DNA of 64,000 bases, taken from NCBI GenBank assembly GCA_963796275.1, contig CAWCKY010000006.1, positions 768,001-832,000 on the forward strand, read 5' to 3'. The notes under the pieces are model-generated. The model was not told where the DNA came from. It saw nothing but the letters and a program-made list of their open reading frames with translations, and did not search any database. Below, piece after piece: positions 32,314-43,654 of the stretch. Position 1 is the stretch's first letter. Every line of letters begins with the position of its first letter. The stretch comes from an uncultured Acidobacteriota bacterium. Its GTDB lineage: Bacteria > Acidobacteriota > Blastocatellia > RBC074. The position numbers were made by a program, and so were the translations under genes.

Positions 32314-34185
32314 TTAATAGCTCAACCCAAAACCATATTTGAACAGCGGATCATAATCGCGATCGCCGACGTTGACCGGCATCTGCGCTTTCGATCTCGG
32401 CCAACTGAAGGAGAGTTTCCCCGTGGGTTTGTAATCGCCGAAGAGTACATCAGCGACTCCGTGACCTTCAGTCCCGGGCAACCACGCCGCAACGAAAGCA
32501 TCGCTCTTATCGAGCACCTTCTCTATATGCAGCGGGCGGCCTGAGAGCAAGATCACCACCACCGGGACGCCCGTCTTCTTCATATTCTCGATGGCCGCAA
32601 TGTCATCTTGCGCGAGCGAGAGTTCATCCCGGTCGCCGAACATTTCGGCATACGGCGTTTCGCCCACCACGACGACACCGACATCCGCGCCGGCAGCGCC
32701 GGTTCCATCGGCAGAGAACGTGACGTTAGCGTCGTTTGCGACGGTCTTCCGGATGGCCTGCAGTATCGTTGTTCCACCGGTCGTAACGGCGCCGCTCTTT
32801 CCCTGCCAGGTGATGGTCCAGCCTCCGGATTGATTACCAATGTCATCCGCGTTCTTGCCGGCCACGTGGATACGCGCGAGGCTCTTTGAGAGGGGCAGGG
32901 TATTCTTCTCGTTCTTGAGCAGCACCAGCGACTGCCGCACGCATTCGCGCGCCACCTCGCGGTGCTCGGCGGACCCGAACTTGCTATGCAGGCTTCTGTC
33001 GGCCAGTTGCGATCTGTCTTTATTCATTAATCCCATCGCAAACTTGACCCTTAATATCCGTTTTACGGCATCATCGATCCGCGACATCGGCACCTTACCT
33101 TCATTGACCAGCTCTTTCAGCGTGTCAAAGAACTCCGGATATTTGTTGGGAACCATTACCATATCCATCCCCGCATTGATCGATTGCTGGATGTCGCTCC
33201 GGTAGTCTCCCGGTAACTCATCGATCGCGTTATAGTCCGAGATCAGGAATCCTTCGAAACCCAATTCCCCTTTCAGTATTTCGGTCAACAGCCGTTTGCT
33301 GCCAGAGCACTTCACCCCATTCCAACTGTTGTATGAGGGCATTATGGTGCCGACACCGGCTTTGATCGTGGTGATGTAGCCCTGCATATGGAGCTCTTTC
33401 AGCTCGGCTTCGGTCAACCGCGTGTCGCCGCGATCAAGCGGCCACCGGCCTCCCGATTTCTCATCCTTGGGCGACCCTGTGCCGTAGGTGGTGCCTCCAT
33501 CCCCGGCGAAATGCTTGGCACACGCGAGGATGCTCAATGGGTCGCTCAGGTCATTCCCCTGGAGCCCACGTACCGCGGATTCTCCGAGCGTGCTGGCCAG
33601 CTCGGGGGTTTCGCCGAACCCCTCGTATGTTCTCCCCCACCTGTCGTCGCGCGGGACTGTGACGCATGGTGCGAAGTTCCAGTTGATTCCGGTCGCCCGC
33701 ACTTCCAGAGCGGTTATGCGGGAGGCCTTCTCGACCAGGGCGGGATTCTGCATGCTGCCGAGTCCGATGTTATGCGGGAAGATGACGGCTCCCATAACAT
33801 TACTGTGCCCGTGCACGGCATCGACGCCGTAAAGCAGAGGTATGGCGAGACGCGTCTTGAGCGCCTTCGACTGCTGCTCATCATACATGTCGGTCCAGTC
33901 CTTGAGACCATTTCCCGTCTTCGGATCCGAGTTTCCTCCACAAAAGAGCGAACCGAGGAAGTATTTCTCGATGTCGTCGATGCTCTTGAGTCCGCTCTGC
34001 TCTGCCTGGGTCATCTGACCGATCTTCTCTTCCAGGGTCATCTGAGCTAACAGTTGCAGCGCTTTGTCGTCGTAATGAGTCAGGGGCTTCACCGTTCCGG
34101 GGTGTGCCGATATGGACGATATTTCTGCAGTGGAACACGCTGCACCTATCAGGGTGACGATGATTAAGGTGAATAGTTTTTTCAT
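32314..34185 (-). CDS. Glycoside hydrolase family 3 beta-glucosidase, probable lipoprotein
   Basis: MKKLF..GAAC signal; [31 protein letters not shown] nucleophile, GETPYAE, WLPGTEG. Confidence 0.93.
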   Translation of the reverse strand: MKKLFTLIIVTLIGAACSTAEISSISAHPGTVKPLTHYDDKALQLLAQMTLEEKIGQMTQAEQSGLKSIDDIEKYFLGSLFCGGNSDPKTGNGLKDWTDMYDEQQSKALKTRLAIPLLYGVDAVHGHSNVMGAVIFPHNIGLGSMQNPALVEKASRITALEVRATGINWNFAPCVTVPRDDRWGRTYEGFGETPELASTLGESAVRGLQGNDLSDPLSILACAKHFAGDGGTTYGTGSPKDEKSGGRWPLDRGDTRLTEAELKELHMQGYITTIKAGVGTIMPSYNSWNGVKCSGSKRLLTEILKGELGFEGFLISDYNAIDELPGDYRSDIQQSINAGMDMVMVPNKYPEFFDTLKELVNEGKVPMSRIDDAVKRILRVKFAMGLMNKDRSQLADRSLHSKFGSAEHREVARECVRQSLVLLKNEKNTLPLSKSLARIHVAGKNADDIGNQSGGWTITWQGKSGAVTTGGTTILQAIRKTVANDANVTFSADGTGAAGADVGVVVVGETPYAEMFGDRDELSLAQDDIAAIENMKKTGVPVVVILLSGRPLHIEKVLDKSDAFVAAWLPGTEGHGVADVLFGDYKPTGKLSFSWPRSKAQMPVNVGDRDYDPLFKYGFGLSY

Positions 34186-34268
34186 TTCATCCCTCGTTAT
34201 CTGGTAGTTTGTGGTGATGTTGCGGCCGCCATTATAAAGCGACTCGAGATCGCAGGGGGGAAAAAATA

Positions 34269-34419
34269 TAGCGGGTTTCAGTTGAATGGATGCCGGAACC
34301 CGGCCACGGAGTCTTAGAGACAAAGAGTGGTTAATGGGAGGATATGGCTGACTGACAAACTCATTTTTTGTTGCTTCTCCGTGACCATGTTCCGAAATCC
34401 ACTCAACTGAAACCCGCTA
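34269..34419. mobile_element. MITE-like element, about 41-bp terminal inverted repeats, TA on both sides
   Basis: TA-GCGGGTTTCAGTTGAATGGATGCCGGAACCCGGCCACGGAG ... CTCCGTGACCATGTTCCGAAATCCACTCAACTGAAACCCGC-TA. Confidence 0.7.
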
Positions 34420-34474
34420 TTCAAGGATGAAGAACCGTATGGGGATACAACGCTGTCGAAGTAACTCTTTATCT

Positions 34475-34559
34475 GGTAGTCGGTAGTCGGTTTTAGATTC
34501 AATAGGCATTTGAGACTGAAAAAACCGTAATCGAACCTACAACCTACAACCGACTACCT
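34475..34559. repeat. Heptamer-armed palindrome (GGTAGTC / AACCTAC type)
   Basis: ggtagtcggtagtcggttttagattc ... gaacctacaacctacaaccgactacc. Confidence 0.7.
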
Positions 34560-34572
34560 ACCGACAACAATC

Positions 34573-37500
34573 TCAGAAGGTAAGCTTGAGCGCCATCTGG
34601 ATATTGCGCGGATCGCGGGCGGTGTTGATGAACCCGCTCTGACCACGCGTCTCCAGAGATACCGCCTGGCTTTGGTCGGGGACGTTGATCCCGTTAACTA
34701 CCCCGAACCACTGAGTGTTATTAAATATGTTGAAGAACTCAGCGCGGTACTGCAGGTTGACCCGCTCAGTAAATTTGAAGGTTTTAAAAAGGGAGAAATC
34801 GAAGTTCGTGAAACCCGGTCCACGAAAGGCATTTCTTCCCGTATTTCCGAGCATACCGTTTGCCGGACGGCCGAATGCGAAAGCATTGAACCACTCCCTG
34901 CTTGCATCGTCCTTCACGTAGACATCGCCTCCCAGATAATCAGCGCGAACCCCGTCTCCGAGAGTTCCCGGATTTCCGTTAGAGGTAACCGTGAATGGCA
35001 ACCCGCTCCAGATGCGAGTCACGCCCGATATCGTCCAGCCATCAAACGCCGCCCGGGCAATACTGTTATTGCCGAGTACATTGCCGAATCTGGGGAGATT
35101 GTAGATGTAGTCGAAGGTCAGGACATGCGTGCGGTCAAAGCCGGCAACGGCGCGTTCGCGACCTCGATCGAGGAAATAACCGATCGTACTGGCGTCGGTA
35201 TCCGTCTCGGTGATCGCCTTACTCCATGTGTAATTGGCGTTGAACGTGAAGTTACTGCCGAAGCGGCGGCTGACGCGCGTTTGCAGCCCGTTGTAGTTGC
35301 TGTTCGCACCGGTCTCCACCAGTGTGATGTCATTGAAACCTCTGAACGGGCGAAGCCCATCGACATCAGCGCCTGGATTGAGCTGCGCGCCCAGAAGTAA
35401 CTGGTTGATATTGCGCTGATACATCAGATGTCGCCCCATGGTCCCAATGTAAGCGATATCGATGCCGATCTGCCCTGGCAGCTCATGCTGTACCCCGAGG
35501 CTCCACGAATAGATACTCGGGATATTGCCTTCCGGATCGATGGCGATGAGGTTGGCGGGAAAACTCGATGCCCCGGAGATAAGGCCCGGACCAAAGTCGC
35601 TCAGCCTCCCGGGACCAAGAGACGGAGTAAGGGTCACAGGCGGATTGCCCAGACCGTCGAAGTAGTTATTGTTTTGCCGGATACGCTCGTAGAAGATTCC
35701 GAAGCCGCCGCGGATTGCGGTCCTGCCGTCGCCGAAGACGTCATAGGCGAAACCGAGGCGTGGCGAAAAATTGTTCTTACGGCTCTTGACGCCGCCTCTC
35801 GAGATTCCATCCCCCTCCTCTACCAGCCCATTAAGCGGGTTGCCTGAACCGGCTATGATGGCGCCGGTTGAGGCAATCTCCACCGCTTGCGCCGGATCGT
35901 AGCGATCGGCCAGAAAGTAATTCATGAGAAGCTGGCCATGCGTGGAGGTCGGTCCCATATACGCCCACCTCAAACCATATTCGAGCGTGAAGCGCGGCGA
36001 CACCTTCCAACTGTCCTGCCCGTAGAGCTCGAGACCATAGAACTTGAAAGAGCCGAAGAACTTTCCATTGCTCTGAGATGCCGACGTATAGTTTCCGAGA
36101 AGCAGGTTGGCAAACGTATTGCCGGTGTCCAGCGGGTTGGTGCTGCTTGCACCGAAATCCAGATTGACCTCATCGGTCCACGCGGGTTGTTGACCGTTGC
36201 GATTCATATTGAAGAAAGCGCCGGTCTTGACGGTGTGCCTGCCGCGCGAGATCGTCACGTTGTCCGTCCACGCGAATTGCCTCGCTTCGCTCTCCCAATT
36301 GTTCGCGAAACTGAAGAAATTACACGCGCCGACGCCGCAACTGAAGGCCGGGAATTTGTTTCGTAAGTTTGACCCATCCGGAAACAGCTCAGGGAAGGTG
36401 AAACCGAGCTGATCACGATCGTATGTCGCCGGATCGACGCCGGGCCTGATGTCGACGACCTGCGTATAGGTGATTGTAGCCGAAGATGAATTCGTTGGTG
36501 ATGGTCGGAGAGACCGACGAGATCAAGTTCCACGACCAGCTTGACCCAGGTTTCTTGCGGAACTGCGGCAGCACCGGATAGGAATTATCCGAGAACATCC
36601 CTAATCCCTGATTTTCGTCCTGCGAATCGTCAACCCAGCGGAAGAAGAAATTGTTCTTTGAGTTGATGTTGTAATCGAAACGGACTACTTCCTGGCGTTT
36701 TTTCAACGAATAGGAGTCTTGTGTGAAGACCCGTACCAGTTCGGGATTGCCAGGAACTCCCGCTGCGCCGGCGCGGTTGAGACTGCCTATGACTCCGAGA
36801 AATGCGTCGGCATTGCTGTTCCATTCGCTGCGCGGAACAATGTTATTAGGGTATGGCGTTCCCCCAATGATATTACCCCCTTCTCGTCTAACCGTTCCGG
36901 GTCTGAAGACAGTTCCGACAAAACACGGGCGTGAGCCAAGTCCGTCGCCATAGTCACATGATGAATTCGCAAGTGTGTCTGTCCTCAGCAACCGACTAAA
37001 ATCCCCATTCAAAATATCGGGATGCGCGACGTCGACGAAGGGATTGCCGTTCGGCCGCGTGCCGCGAGTCCACTCCATATTGAAGAAGAAGAAGGCCTTG
37101 GGATCGCTCATCGGAGAGAATTTGCCGAGCGGGATCGGGCCGCTGATATTTCCGCCGAACTGATTTAGACGAAGTTTTTGTTTGGTGTCGTTGAGCGGAT
37201 TACGCGCATCGAGCGCGTCATTACGCAGGAATTCATACGCCGTCCCGTGGAACTGCCTCCCGCCGCTCCTGGTTGTCGCCGAGATGAGAACACCGGGATT
37301 CCGCCCGTACTCAGCATTGAAGCTGCTGCTCTGAACCTTGAACTCGCCGATGGCATCCAGGCTCATCTGTGTGAACTGCCCGTCATTGGCTCCCACATCG
37401 GTGTTGATCGTACCGTCGAGATAGACGTTGTTCATCGAATCGCGCATGCCGTTGACATTGAACATCCCCGTCGAATTGAACCCGAGGTTGAAATCCGACT

Positions 37501-38005
37501 GAGCGTTCGATGTCACACCGGGAAGCGTCCGAAGCAGTGACCTGAAATCGCGGCCGTTCGTGGCGATCCCGGTCACTTGCTCCGAAGTGATGACGAACGA
37601 TTTATTGGCGGTCGCGGTTTCGACAATCGGCGCTTCGCCGGTAACCGTGACCGTGTTTGATATTTCGCCCACCTCGAGCTTCAACCCGCCGAGGTTGAGA
37701 ATTTGGTAGGCGTCGAGGACCAGCCCTTTACGTTCGAGCGCCCTGAAACCCGTCGCTTCCACCTTCAGCGTATACGTCCCGCGCAACAAAGGCAGGAGCT
37801 GAAACGAACCATTCTGGTCAGTCTGAGTGTCGCGAATGACATTACCTTTAGACTCATCTATCACTGATACCTTGGCGTTCGCTATCACATTACCTTGTGT
37901 ATCCACCAGTGAACCCTGAATCGAGCCGCTCTGTGCGTGTGCCGCCGCTGTAATGGAGAACGCAAAACACACGACCAGACAGCATTGAATAAGCAGTCTT
38001 TGCAT
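34573..38005 (-). pseudogene. TonB-dependent receptor (Oar-like) with a single +1 frameshift near 36466
   Basis: ORF 36413..38005 is receptor-like to ...FGYNHL; removing one base gives TQVVDIRPGVDPATYDR...WTDNV joining ORF 34573..36258, which ends RNIQMALKLTF. Confidence 0.88.
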
Positions 38006-38430
38006 CTACCCCTCCTTTTACTTGATCCCTTATCTACCCTCTCGATTGTTTCCATTTAGATACAATCGAGATTTGAGCTGCTTTATCAATCCCAAGTTTT
38101 CCCAAGCATGTTTTCAGGTCCCAGCAAATCTTTCAGGTAAGCTTCGGCTAGATGTTTTTTGGCAGTCTTGTGCAGCGGTTATTCCAATCGATCGCTCTTC
38201 TATTCGATTATTGCTGCGTCATTCATACATTTTGCAATCTTGTATTTTGTCTGTTGATTGATGCCATTTCTGCCACATTTAACTATTCAACCAATTCTAA
38301 GCCCCGTTTTTTGTCGAGTCACTAGTCTAAAGATATGTTTTTCCTATATCCGCAATCCTTATCTCGGTGAAATTATTAGCTGAATCCAAAAATATCTAAA
38401 GTAACAAAACAAATGAACATTAATTGATAT

Positions 38431-38486
38431 GTTTGGAGTTCCGCGTTTACGCGGTCTTCCGACCGCCCGAAGGCGGAACTCCAAAC
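38431..38486. repeat. Single REP doublet, same family as the 62.5-kb array
   Basis: GTTTGGAGTTCCGCGTTTACGCGGTC-TTCC-GACCGCCCGAAGGCGGAACTCCAAAC. Confidence 0.88.
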
Positions 38487-38610
38487 TATTTAAAAAAATG
38501 TGTTAAACTTTTTTAGTCAGCAACACTCCGGCCCCCAGTTCGGAAGGTCGTTGCCATCATTCAATGGAGATCAGACGGATCAGGACGGAGATCAGGACGG
38601 AGATCAGATT

Positions 38611-39567
38611 ATGTTTCGACTTTTCGTTTTGGGCATCATTGCACTCACATCGCTTCCGATCGCGGCTAACACAAGAACTGACTTTGAAAGAAATTTCCAG
38701 GCTGAGGCGCGCCGGAAAACCCTGCGGTGCGGCAATCAACCCGCTTCCGCAGAGTATACGAAGGAGGTGATGCGTCTGACGGTCGGGGGGGACACGTTCG
38801 ACTTGCGTCGCGTGAAGACTGAGTCGGGAGCCAAGTATGAGGCGGCCGGCGATTCGCCGACAAGCTTCTGGTCCAAGGGGCACACGGGAACGCTCATCGT
38901 CAGAGGGCGGGTCTATCCGCAATGCGAATGGGTTAGCGCGGACGCCGAACGTTTCCGTGCGACGGGCAACGAACCGGGCTGGCAACTAGATATAACGGCC
39001 ACGACGATAACCTTATCGGCGGACTACGGAAAGACGCGCATCGAGGTGCCGGCGCCGCCGCCGCAAACGAGCGCCGGGCTCAGGAAATATATTTCAAGGT
39101 ATGGCGGCGAAGATTTGACCGTTAGCGTCTTCGAGCGGCGCTGTACCGATACGATGAGCGGTATGCACTATCCGAACGCAGTTGTGGTGATATTGGGGGA
39201 CAGGGTGATGGAAGGTTGCGGAGGAGATCCTGCGGCTTTGCTGCGGGGAGCGTTATGGGTGGTCGAAGACCTGAACGGGCGCGGTATCATCGATCGCTCA
39301 CGGATGACCTTGCGGTTCGGTTCGGATGGGCGCGTTTCAGGCAAGGCATCCTGCAACAAATACTCGGGAACGTATTGGTTGACCGGCGAGGGGCTCACGG
39401 TCTCAGGTGCGGCGGTGACCAGGAAGTCGTGCGCGGAGTCGCTGATGAACCAGGAGAAAGAATTCCTCGATGTGCTGAGCGGCATTCAACGGTTCTCGAT
39501 GAGTCCGGATGGCGCAGTCATTCTGTATGCCGGTGATCAACGTATTATCAAAGCACGGCGCGATTAG
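38611..39567 (+). CDS. Secreted MliC-like + GNEPGW-type + META (HslJ) multidomain protein
   Basis: Signal peptide; ESGAKY..FWSKG; FRATGNEPGW..CTDTMSG; VSGKASCNKY..TRKSC..M.QE. 12-bp tandem repeat (GGAGATCAGGAC) just upstream. Confidence 0.82.
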   Translation: MFRLFVLGIIALTSLPIAANTRTDFERNFQAEARRKTLRCGNQPASAEYTKEVMRLTVGGDTFDLRRVKTESGAKYEAAGDSPTSFWSKGHTGTLIVRGRVYPQCEWVSADAERFRATGNEPGWQLDITATTITLSADYGKTRIEVPAPPPQTSAGLRKYISRYGGEDLTVSVFERRCTDTMSGMHYPNAVVVILGDRVMEGCGGDPAALLRGALWVVEDLNGRGIIDRSRMTLRFGSDGRVSGKASCNKYSGTYWLTGEGLTVSGAAVTRKSCAESLMNQEKEFLDVLSGIQRFSMSPDGAVILYAGDQRIIKARRD

Positions 39568-39637
39568 GTCGTAGAAATATCTCACCTTCATGTTTTCCGG
39601 GTTGAGTGGAACTGTAAATCCTGTTTGACTATTTTTT

Positions 39638-40270
39638 TCAGCTTAGAAAAATGATGCCGCGCTGGAGTGCGGTAGTGACAGCCATCGTCCGGTCTTTAAC
39701 TCCAAGTTTCGTCAGGATATTTATCACATGAAATTTTACCGTCCCTTCCGTGATAAAAAGAACGTGGGCGACCTCCCTGTTGCTCATGCCTTTGGCGATC
39801 AACTCCAAAACTTCGACCTCACGGCTCGATAACTCGGATGCATGCATTCGCTCCTCTAAACGAGTCGCGATCTCGGGCGGAATATGCTTCCTACCCGAGT
39901 GAACCGTACGGATTGCCGTGAGCAGGTCATCGTGCAGCGCGGTCTTTAAAAGATAGGCCTGGGCTCCGGCGCGTAAGGCTCGATGAATTGCCTCATCGCC
40001 ATCGTAAGTGGACAGGACGATTATCCGAGCCTGCGGGAATTCCTGGCGAATGGCTTGTGTCGCCTCCACTCCGTTCATACCCGGGAGACGTAAATCCATC
40101 AGTGTAATGTCGGGCGAATGTTGGCGGAACTTTTCGATCGCCTGTGGCCCGTCTTCCGCTTCCGCGATTACAACCATATCAGCCTCGACGTTGATGGTTG
40201 CCGTTAGCCCCATGCGGACGACGAAGTGATCATCGACTACCATGATACGGATGGGATTCTCTTTTTCCAC
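39638..40270 (-). CDS. NarL/FixJ family response regulator
   Basis: VVDDH, LMDLRLP, YLLK, LSSREVEVL HTH; GTG start after GAAGG. Confidence 0.93.
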   Translation of the reverse strand: MEKENPIRIMVVDDHFVVRMGLTATINVEADMVVIAEAEDGPQAIEKFRQHSPDITLMDLRLPGMNGVEATQAIRQEFPQARIIVLSTYDGDEAIHRALRAGAQAYLLKTALHDDLLTAIRTVHSGRKHIPPEIATRLEERMHASELSSREVEVLELIAKGMSNREVAHVLFITEGTVKFHVINILTKLGVKDRTMAVTTALQRGIIFLS

Positions 40271-40285
40271 TTCTTAATCCTTCTT

Positions 40286-40428
40286 CCGACCAACTGAAAA
40301 GAAAATTGAAAAATTGAAATTTGATAGTTGATAGTTGATAGTTGATAGTTCGTATACTCTGTGGCCACGATCTATACGAATTATCAATTATCAACTATCA
40401 ATTTTCAATTTTCTTTTCAGTTGGTCGG
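40286..40428. repeat. Heptamer-armed palindrome (GTTGATA / AAAATTG) between kinase and regulator
   Basis: ccgaccaactgaaaagaaaattgaa..(gttgata)n..ttcgtata / tatacgaa..(tatcaa[c/t])n..ttcaattttcttttcagttggtcgg. Confidence 0.88.
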
Positions 40429-43400
40429 GACCATGATGACCACTTCGGTACCAGTTCCCGGCCCGCTATTCAAGGTCAACCTGCCGCCGAGTTTTTTGAT
40501 TCGTTCCCTCATTCCCACCAGGCCGAAATGGCCTCCGCTGAGATGCAACGGGCTGTCGGGATCGAAACCGCACCCATCGTCCTGCACGGAAACCTCGACC
40601 GTCTGCGGTTCAAATTTGAGCGCGATTGTCACTCGCTGAGCATTGGCGTGCTTCAATGCGTTAGTGATCGCTTCCTGGCAGAGCAGCAACAGGTGATGTC
40701 CGGCCACGGCGGGAAGGTTGCGTGATATACCGTTAACTCGCACATCGGTCTCGATGGAGGTTCCAGTGGTGAGCTTTTCAACAAGCTGGGCGAGAGCCGA
40801 GACGAGGTCACGGTTCTCCAGTTCCTGCGAATAGAGCTCATATACCGAATGGCGTGTTTCGATCAGGCTGTGTTTGACCATCTGACGGGCGAATTCCAGA
40901 TGCTGCCGCGCAGCTTGCGGTGACTCCGCCATGCGAGCCGCACCAGATTCCAGATGCAATAGGATCATGGAGAGCCCCTGTTCGACCGTGTCGTGCAACT
41001 CGCTGGCGATTCGCTTGCGCTCAGTGAGGACGGCCGCAAACCGCGCTTTCATCTGCCCGATGATCAGTCGGTGAATCCCCAGTCCCATCAATCCAACGAG
41101 TGCCGCACAGGAAAGAAAGAACCACGACCTCTGATAGAAATGCGGGGTTAAACTGAATTCGTATGACGCACCGTCCTCATTCCAAACGCCGTCGTTGTTG
41201 CTGGCGATCACGCGGAAGCGATATTTCCCCGGCGCCAGGTTGGTATAATAGGCCACGCGGCGCGTGCCGGCATCGATCCAATCGCGATCATAGCCCTCCA
41301 ACTGATATTTGAACCGAACGCGTTCCGGGATGAGCAGGCTCAGGCCGTTGTAATGGAACTCAAATCTCTTTTTACCTGGCTCGAGTTCCGTGAAATTACC
41401 CGGAGGAAAAGATTCTCCCTCGACGGACACTTCCTCGATCGCAACCGGAGGAGGTATTTCGTTACGAATGAGGTTTCTCGGGTCGATGAGGACGATCCCT
41501 TTGCGTGTAGTGAACCAGAGCCTCCCGTCTCTCCCTCTCCATCCGGATGGCTGGATATGCGAACTGCAATCGATCGTCTTCATCCCATCGGCGATGTTAT
41601 ACGGGGTCGATCTGATGGTCTTGCTCCGCCCTTCGGAGAATTCATCGAGGTCGCTCCGGCTGACTGTGAAGATGCCGCGCGGCGTGCTCACCCAGAGGTT
41701 GCCGTCCTTATCGCTGAGCGCGCGCTGCACTTCATTGTCGAACAACCCTTCCGCCATCGTATACCTGGTGATGCGGCCATCGCTGATCCGGAACCGCACC
41801 AATCCCGGCATCCTGCCGCCGAGCCAGAGGCTCCCTCGCTGATCATCGGTGATCGAAGTGATGGGATAATCGATCAGGCTCCGGATGGGCAGCCTACCCC
41901 TCGCAATCCGATACAATCCGTCGGTAGTACCGAACCACAGGTCGCCGCTCTGATCGCGCAGAGTGGTGAAGACGAATTTCCCGGTGAAAGGATTCGGGTC
42001 GCCGTTGATCAGGTATTCGCTCAGAATTCCATCCCTGAACCTGAATGCGCGTATCTCCGATGTGCAGACTATGAGGCTCTCGTCATCCTCGGTGATGGTA
42101 GAGGTGGAGAATCGGGAGAGCCTTCCCTCGGCCAGATATGTCGTGATCCTGTTATCCTTGAGACGGCAAAGTCCGCGATCGGTCCCGATCCAGATGCTGC
42201 CGTCCCTGCTCTCGAAGAGTGGGCCGCCATAGTTGCTCGCCAGCCCGTCTCCGATCGTGAAGACGGTGGCCTTTCCGTCCTTCAAGCGGGTCAAACCGCC
42301 GCCGGCAGAGAAGATGTAGAGGCTGCCATCGCGCGCTTCTATGATCGAGACGGCGTTGTTATGCGCGAGACCCTCTCTGGTCGTGAAGGGAATGATCTTG
42401 CTGTTTCTGAACCGGTCCAGGCCGCTTTTGGTTCCCACCCAGATACTGCCCTCGCGGTCCTCGAACAGCGAGAGCACGGTGTCATCGGTCAGCCCGTCGC
42501 CGGCATTCATCGATGACCACTTGCCGTTCGCCATGAGGTATAGGCCGGAAGCGTCGGTCCCGACCCAAAGATTGCCGTCCTTATCCTCCTTGATCGCCGA
42601 AATGTGTTGACCCTTTAACTGATTGACCGGCGAACCGGCGAGGATGTCTCCCTTTATGATACGGTAGAGGCCGTCGCGTGTGCCGACCCACAGGTTTCCC
42701 TGGCGATCTTCCGCCAACGCCGTAACTCTTCCTTTGATCGGATGTTTGCCCGGTTTCAGCCGGTTGACCTGCCCGTTCGACTCGATGAATGCCTGGTGGA
42801 ATTCGGTCGAATATTGAGTGAAGCCTTCTTTGCTATATTTAAAGAGACCGCTCGCCGTCGCGATCCACAAGTTTCCCTCATGGTCCTCGAGGAATGCAGT
42901 GGCCCAGCCGGTTTTGCCGAGCGCCTGACCGATGCCGTCGCTGCGGACCTGATAGACGAAATTGTCCGCCCCGATCCAGACCTGCCTTCCTTTCGTCTCG
43001 AAGATTTTGAGTGTCGCTCCGTCAGGCAGCGGCGATGGCGTGGTGTACTGCGAAAAGATGTTGTTCCGGTAAATCAACGTCCTGGTATCGCTGCGGATCA
43101 ACAGATTGCCGCCAGCGCTCGAGCAGATCGCACGGATAGTCTCATGAAGCGGACCCTTCCCTATCCTGGGCTCGATCCTGGCGAAGCGCACCCCGTCAAA
43201 ACGAATCAGCCCGCTCGTAGTCCTCAACCACAGATAGCCATCGGGCGTTTGCACTATCTCATTGACTGCTTCACCGGGCAGACCGTTCTGGTTCGTCCGC
43301 GTTTCGTGGCTGTATTGGTTGAGTGTCTTCTGCGGATCGAGCGCGCGAGCTTGAGAGAATTGCCATATCAATAGCAGCAGCCCGAGCCCGACTTTCGGAA

Positions 43401-43440
43401 TAGCCCCCAGAGTCTTTTTTAAAATGGACTTCAGCATCAT
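40417..43440 (-). CDS. Sensor histidine kinase, beta-propeller + Y_Y_Y periplasmic sensor, HisKA_3
   Basis: Repeated ED..GNLW.GT blades, YTNLAPGKYRFRV, ERKRIASELHD, QEAITNALKHA, DDGCGF, HFGL.GMRER. Confidence 0.93.
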   Translation of the reverse strand: MMLKSILKKTLGAIPKVGLGLLLLIWQFSQARALDPQKTLNQYSHETRTNQNGLPGEAVNEIVQTPDGYLWLRTTSGLIRFDGVRFARIEPRIGKGPLHETIRAICSSAGGNLLIRSDTRTLIYRNNIFSQYTTPSPLPDGATLKIFETKGRQVWIGADNFVYQVRSDGIGQALGKTGWATAFLEDHEGNLWIATASGLFKYSKEGFTQYSTEFHQAFIESNGQVNRLKPGKHPIKGRVTALAEDRQGNLWVGTRDGLYRIIKGDILAGSPVNQLKGQHISAIKEDKDGNLWVGTDASGLYLMANGKWSSMNAGDGLTDDTVLSLFEDREGSIWVGTKSGLDRFRNSKIIPFTTREGLAHNNAVSIIEARDGSLYIFSAGGGLTRLKDGKATVFTIGDGLASNYGGPLFESRDGSIWIGTDRGLCRLKDNRITTYLAEGRLSRFSTSTITEDDESLIVCTSEIRAFRFRDGILSEYLINGDPNPFTGKFVFTTLRDQSGDLWFGTTDGLYRIARGRLPIRSLIDYPITSITDDQRGSLWLGGRMPGLVRFRISDGRITRYTMAEGLFDNEVQRALSDKDGNLWVSTPRGIFTVSRSDLDEFSEGRSKTIRSTPYNIADGMKTIDCSSHIQPSGWRGRDGRLWFTTRKGIVLIDPRNLIRNEIPPPVAIEEVSVEGESFPPGNFTELEPGKKRFEFHYNGLSLLIPERVRFKYQLEGYDRDWIDAGTRRVAYYTNLAPGKYRFRVIASNNDGVWNEDGASYEFSLTPHFYQRSWFFLSCAALVGLMGLGIHRLIIGQMKARFAAVLTERKRIASELHDTVEQGLSMILLHLESGAARMAESPQAARQHLEFARQMVKHSLIETRHSVYELYSQELENRDLVSALAQLVEKLTTGTSIETDVRVNGISRNLPAVAGHHLLLLCQEAITNALKHANAQRVTIALKFEPQTVEVSVQDDGCGFDPDSPLHLSGGHFGLVGMRERIKKLGGRLTLNSGPGTGTEVVIMVPTN

Positions 43441-43525
43441 AGGTTAATAGACTTACTGAGCTGTCACATAATCGCTTTCCGCAGCACCCGTCCGCCGCAC
43501 GGGCGAAGTATACAAAAACAGGGGA

Positions 43526-43600
43526 AACAAAAAAGGCAAAACGCCACAAAAAGGAAAAAAGCCTGGACTTTTTGCCTTTTTGCGACGATTTGCCCTTGTT
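43526..43600. repeat. Degenerate palindrome of CAAAAAGG-type tandem units
   Basis: aacaaaaaaggcaaaacgccacaaaaaggaaaaaag ... ctttttgcctttttgcgacgatttgcccttgtt. Confidence 0.55.
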
Positions 43601-43654
43601 AATTGCTCAGGTTTTTCTTGCCGCTGCCGTGGCGAAGAGAAAGGGTAGCGAAGA

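Noticed and set aside
34186-34323. 46-codon N-terminal extension of GH3
   Set aside because: Runs through the MITE; the signal peptide starts at 34185.
38500-38610. DQDG-repeat extension of the META protein
   Set aside because: The 12-bp repeat carries GGAG RBS copies before ATG 38611, where the signal peptide begins.
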